Shown: one piece after another, positions 33,533 to 46,296 of the stretch
Numbering within the stretch: position 1 is the first letter of the stretch
Layout: each line of letters opens with the position of its first letter
Assembly: GCA_017499595.2 (NCBI GenBank)
Contig: CM039002.1
Location: 2,170,001 to 2,234,000 of the forward strand
Direction: 5' to 3'
Length of the DNA: 64,000 nucleotides
Source of the DNA: Psilocybe cubensis
Taxonomy: Eukaryota
Made by a program: the position numbers and the translations under genes
The notes under the pieces: model-generated
Database searches by the model: none
What the model was told of the DNA's origin: nothing
Seen by the model: the letters and a program-made list of their open reading frames with translations, nothing else

Positions 33533-35083
33533 ATTCTTGAACATATCCTCAAAGCCCCCACTGTGCGTCAAAAGAAGTGGATGCAGGAGTGCTTGCAGAT
33601 TGAATTAGTAATTTTTTTTCACGCTGATTGTCACATGATAATGACGTATTTGATTAGGATGTTGTCTTGACATGCATTGGAAATGCCTACACTGGATCTC
33701 AAGTTATTGAATTGCCGCTCCTTCTGCGTTCGCTATGCGACACACTGTCAACCGCCAAAACTCGTTCTCTTCCACTTGATATTGACACCAGCATCGTTGA
33801 GTTACTGGCCGCGGGAACACCAAGCAATGCGCTTGATAGAGATGTTGACTCTTATTCACATGCTTGGTGGCTGAAGAACAGCCCGCCATCGGACGACCAG
33901 ATGCTAAACGGCGAAAATCTCATCAAAGTCATGAAATATCACAAAGAAGAATTGAAGAAATGCCTGGATAAGGAGCGTGAGGATTTGGCCAAGGCATCGC
34001 AATCAACATTGTCCACATTGTCGGTGCCGACCGATGTTGTTCCGACTCAAATCAAGCCGATCCTTATGGTTCTCAATGATGCCGACTCTACCCCTTGCAA
34101 CTCCTGTTCCCGAATTTCTACGCTTGCCGACGATTTACTCCACCAGTTCCGAGGGTTCAAAACAATGTCGAATGCGAACGTAGGCCAATCAAACCGTGGT
34201 GTCGATCGCATTGCACGACGTGCTGCAGGTTTCTTCAAGCTGTACGAAGCATCCCAAGGATTAGCATCAGTAAAAAAACCCGACACTATGCCCGACACAC
34301 CAGCATCAAAGTGGACTTGGGGTCCAGAGCCTACTGTAAAACAGGTAAGTGAACAAGTCATTTTTGGAGTACATGACTTATAGTATAGCAGGTCCGTGCT
34401 CTTGGTGTAGCCACCAAAACTGTCCATTCGGGATACGTCAAAAGCCTTAGAGATGGCGGGGACTTAGGTAAACAATCATCCACCAAAACATCGTTCCTAG
34501 ACACTGTACCCCCTCCGTCTCAACCTCTATCATCCCGCGAGGACAGAAAGGCTCCGCCGTCAAACCAATTTGACTTTCCTCAATACTTCGACGTTGGGAC
34601 GGAAGGATCCCAGGATAGCGCTGGAGAAATGGCCACTTTTGAAGTAGGCAAAATCAATGCCGACGCCAAACCTGCCGACCCCGGAAGCGACCTTGAAGAT
34701 ATTCTTGACGCTGCAATTGAGCTTATGGATGCGGAAGATGCACAAGAGGCTGCCGCGGGGAATAGATCCGACCCCAATTCGGACAGCAGCAGCATTGAAG
34801 ATCTCAATCTGGCATTAGAGCTCTATGCCAATGAATTGCAAGAAACTGACAAGGACGATTCAACTGACCTCGCCAGTGAAGCCGCTGCACTCTTTACCAA
34901 TTCTGAGGATGGTTTGTACAATTTTTTCTTACTGATTTAACATTCAACTTACGAGGAACTCATTTCTTTGTAGAATCCGACTCCGACCATGCAATGGATA
35001 TTGATCAGCAAGAGTCGGACGCACCTCCCCAATTCACATCGGAGCACTTTGCGGGTAACTTAGAGCTAGAGCTTTTTGACTGA
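33533..35083 (+). pseudogene. 3' part of outer gene E (acidic CxxC protein), separated from its start by the inner element
   Basis: Exon 33533-33607, intron 33608-33657, then DVVLTCIGNAY...HAWWLKN...CNSCSR...QVRALGVATKTVHSGYV...acidic tail to TGA at 35083. Confidence 0.75.
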
Positions 35084-35269
35084 TCTGTACATTGTTCTGT
35101 ATTGTAGATACAATTTGTGTACTTCCGAATAATATTTGTATTCTTTTCTTGATAACTTGAAACCTTTTCTATGAGTATAGTGAACCACTCCCAATTCCAA
35201 TATCACAATTTATTTATTCTGACCACGGTTCCAACATACTGACAACTTGAAAATCACGCTGCTGTTAGT

Positions 35270-35665
35270 AACATCCCGCCGCCGCCAACATCCCGCCGCC
35301 GCTATTCCGACCCCAATTACAACATCCCGACACGGATATCCCGACCATTTCATCCTGAAACCATCTTTCAATATCCGACTCCAATTCCAGTATCACAATC
35401 CATTCATTCCAACCCCGAGACGCCAACTTGAACATCCCGCCACCAACATCCCGCTGCCAATATCCCGACCCCGATTACAACATCCCAACTGTCAACACAA
35501 ATTTCCCGACCAACCCATCCCGACCCCATCCCGACCCCATTCTAAAATGTCGACTCCGATTCCAATATTCCGACCCCAGTATCCCGACCCATTCATCCCG
35601 ACCCATTTATTCCGACCCATTCATTCCAGCCCTGATGCCAACATTCCGACGCAATTTATCCTGAC
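35270..35665 (+). repeat. Non-coding array of about 13 same-strand CCGAC motifs with decayed CCAAC/CTGAC variants
   Basis: Repeated (a/t)(t/c)ccgac(c) units separated by A/C/T-rich spacers. Confidence 0.8.
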
Positions 35666-36686
35666 CGCATCAATGGCGGTGCACTAATAATTACAATCCA
35701 AAACTGGTCTATAAACCAGATGCATTCAATGAGCCCATATAGTGTGGCACATTGTGAGTTGCCTTTGCGAGAATTTTGGCATTCGATGATTCGATGAATT
35801 TATTGAAGCCCTATTATACAGTACATTGTAAGCTCCACTAGTCCACTTCTTATTCCACAATGTAGCATGCCTACCTGCATTTTTTTAATCTGGTCATCTG
35901 ATTTTTCAATCACGTGCTATCTGTCAACCAACCAGTAAAACGCCAGATAACGGGCATCAGTTATGGTAAGCTAGCTGAAGGTATAATGTAAATCTAGTGG
36001 TATATGTTATATATTCTAAGATATGGATACTATAATGAGGTATAACTATATTTCTTCCTGTAGCATCATGTCAGAATTATATCAACATTATACCACAAGA
36101 TACCATATACCATCAAATTATCATTTTTCGCAGTTCAGTTTAAGGCATGGTATAATATTATACCACCCCGAGACCACATATACCACATTACCCCTACTTA
36201 CAGTGCTTATATTGATCATATCATACTTTCCCCGAATCCCTGATGAGAGGTGTATTAGTATCTTACCGTAAACATTATTCCGGATTGTAGAGTTTGTTTT
36301 TTTGTTTCTTTTTTTGCTTTCGTGCTTTGTTTTGTTCTTCATCGCTCTCATTTTTTCTCGATTGTTTTCGTGTAATACCATCTGCCCACGTTCCCACTTC
36401 GCTTTCTGTTTCTCATGTTATTTCGCTTTCTTGTCCTCGCTGTTGTAACATTATAGTTAGATGCCTTGCTCTCATCGTTTGTGCAATTGACTTGTCTGCT
36501 GTTTTGGTTTCTTTTCGAGTGTGCGAGTGCGAATTCGGTTTGAATTGTTCAAAGAAAAGTAGTAGGTCCTATAGGCCAGCAAAGCTACAAGGTACAGACA
36601 CAGAGTGTTAAAACAAGATCAACTAAAAGTGAAATGAGTGTGGTACAAAGGTTGTTTGAGAAAAGTAAATTTCAAAAGCTTGAAGG

Positions 36687-38695
36687 TCAAGCTATGGGCC
36701 TCGCGATAGAAATCGTGTCCTGATTCTCGTCCGTGCTAAAATATACGCTCTTCAGGAAGACGTCCCCGACCTACGCGATTTGTCAATAAAGCAAAAAATA
36801 CACGCCCACGGGCCGGCAGGACAGGTGATGTGAACGCACCAGCCACTCATTATCCAAATAAAATGGACCAACCCCGCCAGCCGCGATGCCCGACATGCAT
36901 TCTGGAGATTCGTATTCCACAGGATAAAAAGCAATGTCGCGAGGATCCATCGGGAATTTTTGGCCCCCAATTGTGAGAGCTATCGATGTGGTCATGTTGC
37001 ATGGGACAATCCACCCGCTGCCATCAAAGCGCGCCCCTGGGATCTTCGAGTGAATAGCGTCTACATCCTAATAAATTTATGGTGAGTATTTTGTATCTCT
37101 GCCTCTCATAATGTAACAATACGCATACATGTTGAGGTGCAACCATAAGCGTCTGTGAATATTCCATCAATTACAAAACCGCGCTACTCAAAAGAAATAT
37201 CAAACTTACAGTTCCGGTATCGAGAACAATAGTCCTGTTAGACCAATTCATGTTTTGAGTGCCGACCTGGACCGCGTCGACGTTGACTCCCCAAAATCCA
37301 AATTTATTAATATTTTTCTTGGTCACCAGCGTCTTGCGATTGAAGTGCTTGGGATCCATGCCTCCGAGCGTCATCTCGCCGTCATTGTAGCCATCGGCGA
37401 GGCGAGGTAGTTTATAGGAGACAATGGGAGCGGGTATAAGTGTTGCTTGGTACAGAGATTGCAGGAGCGTCGGGACTCTTTGTTGGGAGATCGCCTATAG
37501 AGATTGAATATCAGAGATGAAGGAAGGTCCACCACGTTCTTGTAGCGGTTCACCTCTTTTCCCAGTCCAAGTAATCCATCAAAGGGGATAGCGTCTCTGT
37601 CAGAGTAAATAAAAGTATTCAGCTCAAAATATGTCTTCACAAGGTATTAAACAATGACTAACGACGTGAAATCGATACTCTCGTTTATTGCGACACCAAA
37701 GGTATGCGCTTTGAGCTTGAGTCCGCCGATAGTAACGTCGTCCTGGACGAGGTATCCGGACACTGAGCCAGAAACATAACCAATGGCCCAATCTTCCTTG
37801 GACTCATTGAAGGTCGTACTCGAACGGGCGCCTAGAAAAGTGTGGTTTCCCTGCAAAAAAAATATTATTATAATTACCATATTAAACGCCTTGTTTTCTG
37901 TAAAAAAAAACTAACGCAGCTTCCACCGTCGTCGCCCATGCAGCCTTCGGACCCCACCCAAAGGTCAGCTGAACCAGAGTCGATTAAAAGATTGAAGTTT
38001 CTTCCAGGGGATCCCATCTTGACTGTGGCCATATCTATTGAAAAAGAAGCTCAGTCATATAGTAACGATTTTTTTAACGAAACTTACACCCATAGTCATA
38101 GGATCTAAATTTCGAATTCATTAGCGATGACCATCTTCAAAGACGGATAACGGATATACTCAATGCTTAATCCGATATTACGGATGGAAGGACCTCCTAA
38201 GGTTGAGTTGGTGTTGGAAGCGGTGTCGTCAGATCTACGTTCATGAGCACGAGGGTGAGTGCCGAATGATTGTGGGTGTTCACAAGAGTAACGATCATCC
38301 ATTGTCTGAGTAATTTTTTGGATGTCATATCGTTTTAAATGACGTGCGGGAAGCCGTGTAATTCTTTCGTATATGTTTGACACAAGCTCGTCTTCCGAAG
38401 GAGGCTCACGACCTGTCGTCAAAGCAAAGCGTTTGAGGGCACGGTTGATGTGTTGTTGCTGGGTCTAGATACCAGGTTTAGTTGATTTTAAGATATAGAA
38501 GATATGTTGTAACTGGCTTACGATTGAACCATGTACGTAGTCTGCAGCATCATGCGATACGTTTCGGCTGGGGGACACAAGTGGAATGGAAAGAAAAGTC
38601 GACCCAGCAGCAATAGGGCGTGCTGATACGATACCAAAGCATAAAAGGAAAGAAAAAAGAACAGAGAAGGCCAGTCTCATAGCAGAGAGCAACAT
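36687..38695 (-). CDS. Secreted aspartic peptidase, family A1 (pepsin-like), multi-exon
   Basis: Signal peptide; LLIDSGSADLWVG; FDGLLGLG; VLDTGT; WLVGDVFLKSVYF. Confidence 0.9.
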
Positions 38696-39892
38696 TGAAA
38701 TCGCAGCGACGACTTCAACTGCTTAAAAGAAAAACAGAAAAAGGAACGACAGGAGACCGTTGCAAGGAGAAATGAGTGTTTGGGGTTGGGGGAAAACTAA
38801 GTTCTGATAATGAATCCCCCCAAGAAGAGTGTCGTATTTATATGGCAAAATTTAAGCTACATGCTTCGACTTCTTTCGAACGTTCCACCAATAGTTACGT
38901 CTACAGGCGGATCACAGCCACAACCCAGGAGGTCAAACAGAGTCGAGCAGAATAGCTGGTTTCCTCAGGCTTTATGCGCATATATTCAAGCCCAAAATAT
39001 ACAGAGATGCATCATAGAACAAGAAATATTTTTACGACATACATTGCGGCGGAAGAACAAACAATCGATAGTCCACTGCTGCATAGCAACAAGTGTTGAT
39101 GCATGGGCTCTAAGTTGACGGATTTTGTGCGGATACTGGCTGGAAGTATGCCTCGGAAATGGGATCGTGAGGTGACGTGAAACCTCCAGTATTTTTTCTT
39201 GTGCAATGTCTAGAGACATTTGTGCAAGTGCAGGAAGGCTTTCTGAGCGCTAGCAATCCTCGACTATTGAGATTGTTGGAGCATCCTGAGCGACAAGTTT
39301 AACAGTAGTTCGACAGCAGTAAGTCAAGCGTGAATCAGTTCAAAGGCAATTCAAAAGTGCAACGTTGAACCAGTTTACGTCCGTTAGTGAATCGTCCAGT
39401 TCGCGTCCAGAGTTCGTGGCGGGTATTGATCCGAATCAAACTTTGCTCAAGGCAAACCGGCTCAATTCATAAGCAAAATTGGATGTCCAGGTTAAATTGT
39501 CCGCAGATGCTCTGAGGCGCAGCACCTCGAAGTATTTCCTTTCTCCAATGAGTTCCTTTCATGCCTTGGAGTATCGCTAGACGCAGTCGCAGTGATCGTT
39601 TTGGTTCAAGTTCGGCGACACATGACGTGTGGATCGGATACTAGCCCCGCTTGCACGACCGGCACAATCCGACCGGGCCCAATTTGGTTCATGTGGGTCC
39701 GCGTTGTTCATTGACTCAATCTCAAAACGAGAGGAGTCTTTGAATGGATTGTTAAGTCAATGAAGGTGTACAATAGCCGAAGCTAGTAAAAAATATACAA
39801 AAACATGCGATCCGTAGCGGTGTACAATAAACTTTAATTATCTCCTCATTTCTTGGAAAAAACCAATGAACAGTCCATCCCAACCGAGCTCA

Positions 39893-42046
39893 TTAAGCGA
39901 GCTGAGCCAGGATTATAATATTCTTAGTGACATCTGTCGAGAAGTATGCATTCTTGAGGAATACATCACCGACCAGCCATTCGTCTGCCCCCCCAATGTC
40001 ACCAGAGGTGATACCAGAGACACAGTCACCCGTTGGGTCGTTGGGATCAACGGGGGTGAAGGCGATGTCTCTGGGATCAATAGCAAAGGAAGACCCGCCG
40101 AATGTAAGTGCAACGCTATCCGTCAAAGTGCAAGGAACAGTAAATCCTCCTTGGCCATCGGATTTAGCGCCTTGAATGAGATTGTGAACTGCTTGTGCAT
40201 CAGCAGCAGGAGCGACGATGAGAGTTGTTCCTAAAAGCAAAATTTTAGACATAGGATACGATTAAAATCAACCGGATTCATACCAGTGTCGAGAATAGCG
40301 GTACGGCCAGTGAGACCAGTGTCTTGTCCGTTAACCGAGATTGTCTGGAGATCAGCTTCCCAAAAGCCTTGGGCGTTGACATTCGGAAGAGTGACCTCAG
40401 TCCCGGCAACAAATTTGGCAGGGTCCAAAGCACTATTTACAGCAACGTTATCTTATCAGCAAAACCATCAAAATAAGATTCATGTCCACAACTTACCCAA
40501 AAGTGATCTCTCCATCATTCTTGTCATCCGCCAAACGTGAAATCTTGTACGAGACAATAGATTCCGAAATCAAGCCAGCTTCGTGAAGTGACTCTACAGG
40601 GGTCAAGACTCCCTGCTCAGAAAGGGTCTATTGGGTTACAATATCAGATTCTCTGTCAAAAATAGCGTTCATAATAGTTCACTGACGGATTTTGCAAGAC
40701 CCATCAACCCATCGAATGGAGTTGTATCAGCAGAGAAATCAACGCTCTCGGAAGTAGCCACGCCGAATTGATGGCCAGGCAAAGCAAGGGATGCAAGTGT
40801 GATATCGTCCGTGATGATATCTCCAGATACATCACCAGTCCCGTAAGTAACAGAGAAAGTGTTTCCGGAGCTGACAAATGTCGAGCTACTTTGTGGGCCT
40901 AAAAAGTTGTGTTGTCCCTTGATGACAAAAGCCGGAAATTAGCTATTGTTTGTAGTGGATTTTACTCGTGGGTTACTCACGCAACCACCTCCACCTTCAG
41001 ATACGCAGTTCTCGGCACCAACCCAGAAGTCAGCGGAGCCAGAGTCCATAAGAATCAGAAAGTCTCGAGGAGGGGTCCCGATCTGAACGGTGGCGAGATA
41101 TCCTACATCTTGGGCCCTTTTGTGGGTTAGAATCGAACGGTACAAGATATTTGACTGCCAACGTACTCAATGTCAAGACCCAAAGAATCACTCGCTGTAG
41201 GGTTCACAGCAGCGAAAGCCACATCACCAGTGTCTGCGGTGACCTCAGGCACAGCAACTGCAAGAATAGTTCCTGTGGGGATAGTATTATTACCCTTGCT
41301 CTGTCCATTGTCCTTGTGGAGGCCTTTGCTCGTGGGTTTGGTGTTACCCTCATGAGCCTGGGACTTTTGGCTAAAAAGTTCTGCTGCAAGTGTGTCCGGC
41401 TTTTTGGGAGATGCAACATTCTTAGTCGTGGCCTTCTGGGGAGGATCTACCGCGTTTTTAGTCGTGGCATTCTGAGGGGGATTTACCGCGTTTTTAGTCG
41501 TGGCCTTCTGTGGGGGATTTACCGCGTTTTTAGTCGTGGCTTTCTGGGGGGGATCTACCGCGTTTTTCGTCGTGGCCTTCTTGGGAGCTACCGCATTTTT
41601 AGTCGTCGCCTTTTTCAGGGGCGTCTTCGTAGTCTGTGCCAATTTCGGTACACCGATGCGGTTGTAACGCCTCTCCAAATTCTCAAGGCCTTCGGGTCCC
41701 TCGATGGCGAGAACTCGCCTTTCCATTCTCGAGTAGAGGTCGTCATGAGACGGTTCCTCGCGCTTCGTCATACGCGCCAACCGCCGGATCGCCCGATTCA
41801 TGTGTTGCTGAAGATACTATAAATAGACGCCCATTAAATGACACCGAAAAATGCATGAAGCAGTGAATGGATTTCACGTACAATTTGTCCGTGCACACCA
41901 GAGCGGCCTTCTAGTTGGACACGCTTGAGAGGAAGAGTGACGAATCTTGGGGCCCGTTGATTGAGAGGGACGGCATCGACTTCCTGCACGGACAGCATGC
42001 AGAGAACGCCTGCCAAAACAGCAGATAACGAAACTGAAAGCTTCAT
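39893..42046 (-). CDS. Secreted aspartic peptidase, family A1 (tandem paralog), multi-exon
   Basis: Signal peptide; ILMDSGSADFWVG; FDGLMGLA; AILDTGTTLIVAP; WLVGDVFLKNAYF. Confidence 0.92.
41415..41615 (-). repeat. About 6 x 33-36-bp coding repeat (KATTKNAVxPPQ) in the peptidase pro-region
   Basis: accgcgtttttagtcgtggc units. Confidence 0.85.
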
Positions 42047-44608
42047 GATGAAGTAAAAAAAAAGAATGCTGATTTCAAGCTAAGAATGAATGAAGAGACA
42101 CCAAAGTAAAACGGAATCGCAATAAAAAAATGAAAAAGACCCAGCCTGGGGTGGACCGAAGGATGGAAGGAAGAAAATCGAATGAAGAGATGGGAATGAT
42201 TGGGTATCTTGCTTTATATGTGATGCATCCATTTCTCTTCGCTAGATAGCTATATCTGTGGGTTGCTTAGTATCCATGGTACGCCGGTCTAACTGTTGAA
42301 TCCTACCAGCCGATTGTTCTCTTCTGATGATGGACATGTACTAAAAGCACATTGTTGTTGCCCAGGCGTATGATTAACGATGTAAACTTCCGTCCGTTCC
42401 CATCCAAACGTTCCCGAAATAGACACTGGGGTATGTATCTGGCAGTCGAATGTTGATACTGTTGCGAGGTGGTAAAAATAGACTAACGAGGAGTTGAGTA
42501 CAGTTAGGTTGTTGATGTGATATTGGGAACGTGTGCAGAGATGAGGCGGAACATTTTCTCAAAAATGACCATCAGAAGTGCATTGGAAACCAAACACAGC
42601 TTTGAGTTCCCTTTCGAGCTTTCGTTGATGTTGGTCGTATTTTCGTTTCAATGCCCCTTTACATCGTCATCGCAGGACGGCATGGTCGGTCCTCCCGGTG
42701 CGAGCAACTCAGCGTACCCGAAAGGCAATGCGTTGAGGTCAACGTATTCAAATAATACCTCATACTACAAAGCAGATGGTCAGATTGCCTGCGCAGTGCG
42801 CAATCAATTGGTTGAGACCGTTTTGTTAGAGTTTGATAAAAGAAAGCGATCAAGTTAAGGTCAAAATACCCACGGGGTCACAGTGCAGAAAACTTTCGTC
42901 AACAGAGTTTTTCTCTGCTCCAATTTGGGCCTACGCTGGACTACGGTATGCGACCCCGATTATTGATTATTGAATTCAGCTCCGGGAATCAGAGCGACTG
43001 TCCGAAGTCATCCAATCCAATCCTGGCGAAACCACCGAAGAGCCCTATCGTAACAGAACGTCATCAAGAAAGCTAAAACGATAGTTGTCCGGTCCAAGAT
43101 GTGTGCCTGCATAAACTTTGAACTGAAAGTCACGTATAGGTAGAAATTTAGAACAAATGCACACCTTCTATGAGTTAACAAATATGAAGGTTATCACAAT
43201 CGTACATAAGTGAACGTTTGTCCTATCTATCCAACATGTTTCATCATTGACGTGAATATCAAGAACAGATTAATTTCGCAGCGTGGGATGCACATCATGC
43301 CATAGATATATGCGGCTTGAAATTCGGTCGATGCGCGCAGTTGAGATCCTATGGGGGTGAGCAGTAAGCGCGATACACAACAAGTGTTGAAGCTTGAAGC
43401 CTGAAGGATCATTCTCGCAACATCTTCAAACCAAACATGGCCATTACACGGAAAAAAGTAGAGAGGTTGATTCATCATCCCACGTCCAACAACAACAATC
43501 TGAGAGATAATTCGCGACGACGTTTAAAACTGGCTTGTTCTTCATTTTCATAAACCGGACTCTCAGTGTCAGTTCTCAGTCACCTGCACTGAGAGGCAAG
43601 CTTTCTTGAGGAAAAGGTCTGGAAACCGGCATCATTGGCGCCCATGCCCGCATACTACCAAAAGCAACTCAGGCGCCATTTTTGGTCTGGCCGCTGAGGC
43701 ACGTTAGGACCTCCTTGTCCTCAACAAAGCTGTGCCTAAAGATAGGGACGACTGCGAAATGGAAAAACTGTACTAAAAAAGATACTGAATGTCGTGATCA
43801 TCTCACCTGTGCCGAGAATGAATCACTAGACAAACGGATACATTGACAGTGATATCATTGTGGTTGGCTTCCAACAGTCCACGCCTACTAGAATCGGAAG
43901 GGTGACCCATAACTTACTGCGAACTTTATAATAGAATCCAGGCCACTTTGGTTTGCTTCTAGGCACCCGAGGATATAGACACATGCCGCTTTCTATGGTT
44001 GAAGTAGTTTCCTAGCCAATCTTGGAGACGTTACTGTTATTGTTTCTTGCGAGAAACCTCGACATGCCGGAAGAATCGAATTTTGTACAAAATCTCGACA
44101 TGTAAGTTGAATTGACTAGGATGCAAGATAATGAGCTTACACGAATTGGAAAACCCCATTAAATATCCCAGGGGTTACTAGCAGGAAGAAGTGCGCAAGA
44201 CGTCATAAATTGGCAATGTCCCAATCGTGTGTTCCGATGTCGATGGAAGCTTTGGGGCCCGCAAAAGTTGATTGTACTTTACCAGACTAAAACCTGTAAG
44301 TAGAATGAATTTCAGCAGTAATCAAATTTCTACAGTCGCCTCTAGTATCCGTGACTGTTCTTCCAGACCAGGTAAAGAATAAGATGGGAGCACTTCATTT
44401 GTGCGATAACATTCAAAAAAGAGAAAACGAAAACTCAGCCAGTGGTGGACACAGAAAATCTACGTACAGTTAGGCAATGTGATTCCTTCTGACAGGCTCA
44501 GTTCATTATCGGGAAACCCAACTGGAAGGTGACGACAAAATCATTTCCAACGTCCATTTCATTCCAGAGAAACAGTGTCCAAATGCGTAAGGATGCATCA
44601 GTTTATAC

Positions 44609-45709
44609 CTAAAGCCTCGATCTCGCAGCAGCATCGTCCATTCGGGTGTCCACCAATCTGATATCCTTTTGCATTGCTTCCAATGCATCACGGTACAGAT
44701 TTAACTAGTCAAATTTAGTACTCAAGCCCGAAGGGTAGTTGTTGAATAACCTACCTTGAGTAATCCCCATACACCTGTGGCAGCATTGCCACTAACTTGA
44801 TCTGCTACTTCTTCGGCTTTCGCGAGTATGTCCGCTGTTTTCCCCTTGACTATGTGATCTAGAATACCGTCTTGTAGGGCTTCGGTCGCTGAGAATCGAT
44901 GTCCTTCCAGGGCAATCTTTCGATGAAGTCGATGGTCGCCAATTTTTGCAGTCAAGATCGCAGTGAAGGACAAGGGCCATGGTGCTCCGAAATGAACCTA
45001 GTACTGATTAAGCCATTGAGACTTTTCAAACGAAATTAACGTTTACCTCATTCATACACATCCAGGCGTTGCGAGAGCTTCCATCAGTCATAACCCTGTA
45101 GTCACAGACCAAAGACAGCATGAAACCTCCTGCATAGCAATGACCATTGATTGCCGCAATGGTAGGTACTGTGCACCCACAAGGAGCCATGAGTCAACCA
45201 CCTACAAAGATATAAATAGTATATTGCACTGACTTGGGAACGTTAACAACCGTGTCAACATGGGGTTGAAGGTCAACTGGAAGAAGTTCGGATCCTTCAA
45301 TGAGTCGGCGAAGTCCAAACCTAGAAAATCACGGATTATGAGCCGCCGCATCGAGATGAGGCGCTGGATATCGTACCATTACTGAAGAATTTATCCTGAT
45401 CCTTCTTTCCGACTATAATGAGTGCGCCCTTGCCTTCCTCTGGTTTCTTATTTGCAACGGACGCCCTTTGGTGTACTCGCCATTCCCGTTCTACGGCATC
45501 AAGTGCAGGCATTATAGCCTTGTTGATGAGTGTCTGTGTAAGACGGTTGTCGACTCCATGGTGCAGTTCCAAAATCCACAGAGAAGGCTTTGCTAAGAAA
45601 ATATTCAAGAGTCAGGCGTGTGCAAACCGAGTTATTTGTGTGAACTAAACACACGGTGCGTCAGAGTGACCAAGGGGTTTCCAACGGGCAGCGAGAGGGT
45701 TGAAGACAT
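44609..45709 (-). CDS. Enoyl-CoA hydratase/isomerase (crotonase superfamily), multi-exon
   Basis: DNRLT, KFFSNGLD, PTIAAINGHCYAGGFMLSLVCDYRVM, MCMNEVHFG; C-terminal SRL resembles a PTS1 signal. Confidence 0.88.
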
Positions 45710-45957
45710 GATTATATGGTGACAATGGAAAGAAAGTTGGGATTAAACAGCAGAGTACTTTGAATGCAAAGGATGTACGTTGCCTCCGGTTAAGTTATGT
45801 CTAGTTGTCCGGAGGTTTGCCATGGCCCAAAGCATTTAAGCAGGGTCGTGGTTGTAGAGGATGGGCATGTGATTGGGTAACAACTTTGGCTCAGACTCCG
45901 AATTCGGCACAATCTCGTTGACAAGCAAGTGCAAACAATACACCTTAATACTTGACC

Positions 45958-46296
45958 ATGGAGGCGAGCGTCGCTGCAATCAAAGGTACCTTTTCAACGC
46001 TATTTCAACCACGTCCCTCGTAGCTCATGTGATGTAGAAAAGCTGCAGGAGCGTGAAAATCATATTCGAGAATCATGGGTCAAGGCCATGGAGGCTCGTC
46101 TTGTCCGTGAGGAGCTGGGCAAATGCCACAAGGCCGAGGGCGTTAACCACTACGAGAACTGCAAGTGGTTGTCGGAAAAATACTTGACTCTTCTGAGAAC
46201 AAACCGGGTGTGTGATTAGACCTCATAATACCTTGAATTTAAAGGCTAACGGTCGTCAACGTGTAGGTGAAGGGTTACAAGGTCATTGATACTTAA
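45958..46296 (+). CDS. NADH-ubiquinone oxidoreductase 12-kDa accessory subunit (NDUFB10-like), 3 exons
   Basis: Spliced MEASVAAIKEKLQERENHIRESWVKAMEARLVREELGKCHKAEGVNHYENCKWLSEKYLTLLRTNRVKGYKVIDT*; C-x11-C with GVNHYENC. Confidence 0.88.

Larger units (their letters stand above)
6961..35830. mobile_element. Outer KDZ multi-gene transposon (ends uncertain), interrupted by the inner KDZ element
   Basis: Same five-gene order as the inner element, with its own CxC2-KDZ transposase. Tentative ends come from a 20/22-nt inverted match (6961-6982 vs 35809-35830) and a CCGAC array at 35270-35665. No TSD found. Confidence 0.5.

Noticed and set aside
35247-35687. 146-aa Pro-rich ORF
   Set aside because: By-product of the C-rich CCGAC array; TTG start and no domain.
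3645-36275. Alternative, larger boundaries for the outer element (TAGGGTACGAGA... and ...TATCTTACCGTA)
   Set aside because: Only a weak inverted resemblance and no flanking duplication.
42100-44580. Short ORFs in the gap upstream of the peptidase
   Set aside because: No recognisable motifs or consistent exon chain; treated as intergenic.
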